Positions 63,401 to 64,000 of a DNA stretch of 64,000 nucleotides are shown here, in pieces. The notes under the pieces were generated by a model. That model saw only the letters and a list, made by a program, of their open reading frames with translations. It had not been told where the DNA came from and made no database searches. The position numbers and the translations under genes are program-made. Numbering within the stretch: position 1 is the first letter of the stretch; every line of letters begins with the position of its first letter. The DNA comes from Nemertoderma westbladi (Eukaryota; Animalia; Xenacoelomorpha), in contig JAUCBJ010005181.1 in assembly GCA_032718475.1 (NCBI GenBank), positions 17,657 to 81,656 on the forward strand, written 5' to 3'.

Positions 63401-63898
63401 GGAGGTGAGCATTAATCGAATCTCAGATAGTTTCCGTAGCAAACTAAGTATGTTATGATGTGCTATGTGTAGGCCGCGTTTGCTGAAAGTATCAAGCCAT
63501 GGGTAAGCAAGGAGTGATTTGTTAGGCCGGTTTGGCATTGATGACGCAGCCGGGGGCCGTGTGGGCGATGGCGACACAGCCGGGGGCTGCGCGGGTGAAG
63601 GCGACGCAGCCAGGGGCCGCGCGGGTGAAGGCGACGCAGCCAGGGGCCGCGCGGGTGAAGGCGACGCAGCCAGGGGCTGCGCGGGCGTAGGCGACGCAGC
63701 CGGGGGCCGCGTGGGCGAAGGCGACGCAGCCGGGAGCCGCGCGGGCAAAGGCGACGCAGCCGGGGGCCGCGCGGGAGAAGGCGACGCAGGCGGGGGCCAC
63801 GCGGGAGAAGGCGACGCAGCCGGGGGCCACGCGGGAGAAGGCGACGCAGGCGGGGGCCGCGTGGGCGAAGGCGACGCAGCCGGGGGCCGCGCGGGCAA
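60440..63898 (-). CDS. LINE ORF2: APE endonuclease plus reverse transcriptase; open reading frame continues to the window edge
   Basis: HHNILSL, LSETWL, RYDRNRQGGGVAMY, ILGDTN, TTIDHIF, LSDHHMV; FRPVALL..SKVLER, QSGFR, IDLQKAFDTVDH, GVPQG, LADD, KYLG. Confidence 0.92.
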   Translation of the reverse strand: MPARPPAASPSPTRPPPASPSPAWPPAASPSPAWPPPASPSPARPPAASPLPARLPAASPSPTRPPAASPTPAQPLAASPSPARPLAASPSPARPLAASPSPAQPPAVSPSPTRPPAASSMPNRPNKSLLAYPWLDTFSKRGLHIAHHNILSLLRKLSEIRLMLTSQRIDILALSETWLDETITDNEICVPGYSIIRYDRNRQGGGVAMYISDNINYTIDDELNDEGRGIESLICTIYLPATKPILVGVIYNPHSEFSCKFFLDLDNCLGDTSAYKEVYILGDTNADTSKLNSGPTSCSSAYKYCGVLPSSAPVQHLMSFCHSSSMKQIIKEATRVTTSSSTTIDHIFASNLDLVAASGVINTGLSDHHMVYLTRKKQKLTKGNHTYRDCRSYKNYSKESAHNELMNNTKLATVLTATNVNEAARALTETLQEVLDKLAPMHKVRIRIDSEPWINAEILKKISERNNARNSFKRNKTIVNEQHFKDIASSTATAIANAKNSYIKQKLHMYKSDSKKLWKELKAIGAPSKKNVSKNSSITSIRSNNVLITDPISIAEEFNQYFTSIAGTLLEQLPAASGRYNLNVVNQFYRDKGIPLNSFTLKIVDNSEVLTILNELAVDKSSGIDGISPGFLRDCSSVIAESVTHLVNLSISSSTFPTTYKTAKVKPLFKRDCRLQKGNFRPVALLVILSKVLERVVFIQFVEFLIFHNILDQLQSGFRKNYSVETCLLFMNNYIREAVDNGLVTGVLLIDLQKAFDTVDHTILLEKLRLIGFDASAVNWFRSYLSDRKQRVFIGNVYSAEALIKAGVPQGALLAVLLFLIYVNDMDLAILPSPPLCTSIGPPITKHTSTTGIVIDSNCISLKLADDANVLYSHNNANVISAVLSSKLNNIFMWATDNKLSLNFGKTKSILFGTHQRVNSAEPLDIECASKKIEQQTSVKYLGCMLESSLSGNPMASKVIKRGNSTLRFLYRKSALLDYETKRLLCNTLIQPHLDFVASCWYSSASKQLKSQLHALQRKCVRFCLSLHRREHVTVQHFAEMAWLPLDYRIDQTIVTHMYRITRELSPPYLRSLVTLNTANINLRGNTHRAVVPRRKTVSGTECFSFAAPKLWNKLPDDIKNSVSLESFKHSVKKYYFFKLLSGDKSNYIYFF

Positions 63899-64000
63899 AG
63901 GCGACGCAGCCGGGGGCCACGCGGGAGAAGGCGACGCAGCCGGGGGCCGCGCGGGCGAAGGCGACGCAGCCAGGGGCCACGCGGGCGAATGCGACGCAGC
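63540..64000. repeat. GC-rich 30-bp tandem repeat (~15 copies in window) encoding (PARPPAASPS)n
   Basis: Unit GCGACGCAGCCGGGGGCCGCGCGGGCGAAG. Confidence 0.93.

Larger units (their letters stand above)
59950..64000 (-). mobile_element. CR1-group (L2/Crack-like) LINE, runs off the window end
   Basis: Long APE-RT ORF; 3' UTR stem-loop GGACCCCCATGGAAAC..CATGGGGCTATCC; ends AATAAAAAA(CTTCAA)3 at ~59950-59976. Confidence 0.9.

Overview
Eukaryotic, most likely invertebrate metazoan, DNA with GT-AG introns and dense repeats; the taxon cannot be fixed from this window. Host genes on the + strand: (1) a three-exon CABLES (cyclin-box) gene, 868-20414; (2,3) two near-identical six-exon astacin metalloprotease genes, 23036-27443 and 45553-49196, each with an antistasin-type inhibitor module in the pro-region; (4) a four-exon YHYH-domain gene, 53097-55818. 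The most striking feature is a ~14.3-kb array of ~477 30-bp units that copy the CABLES exon-2/intron-2 junction, so almost every unit carries its own 5' splice donor. Between the astacin copies lie ~17.5 kb of decayed BEL/Pao retrotransposon segments, with a repeated GNRA-hairpin motif, and a Foldback-like element. Elsewhere are tRNA-derived SINEs, Kolobok- and Tc1/pogo-type MITEs, an RTE fragment, a CACTA/EnSpm-type transposon with a perfect 87-bp hairpin near its end, and a CR1-group LINE nested in it. TA-CWG-TA, TAGGCCTA and TACCGGTA words are very common, and one is polymorphic between the duplicated copies, suggesting transposon excision footprints. All calls come from reading motifs by eye; no database searches were run and counts are approximate.
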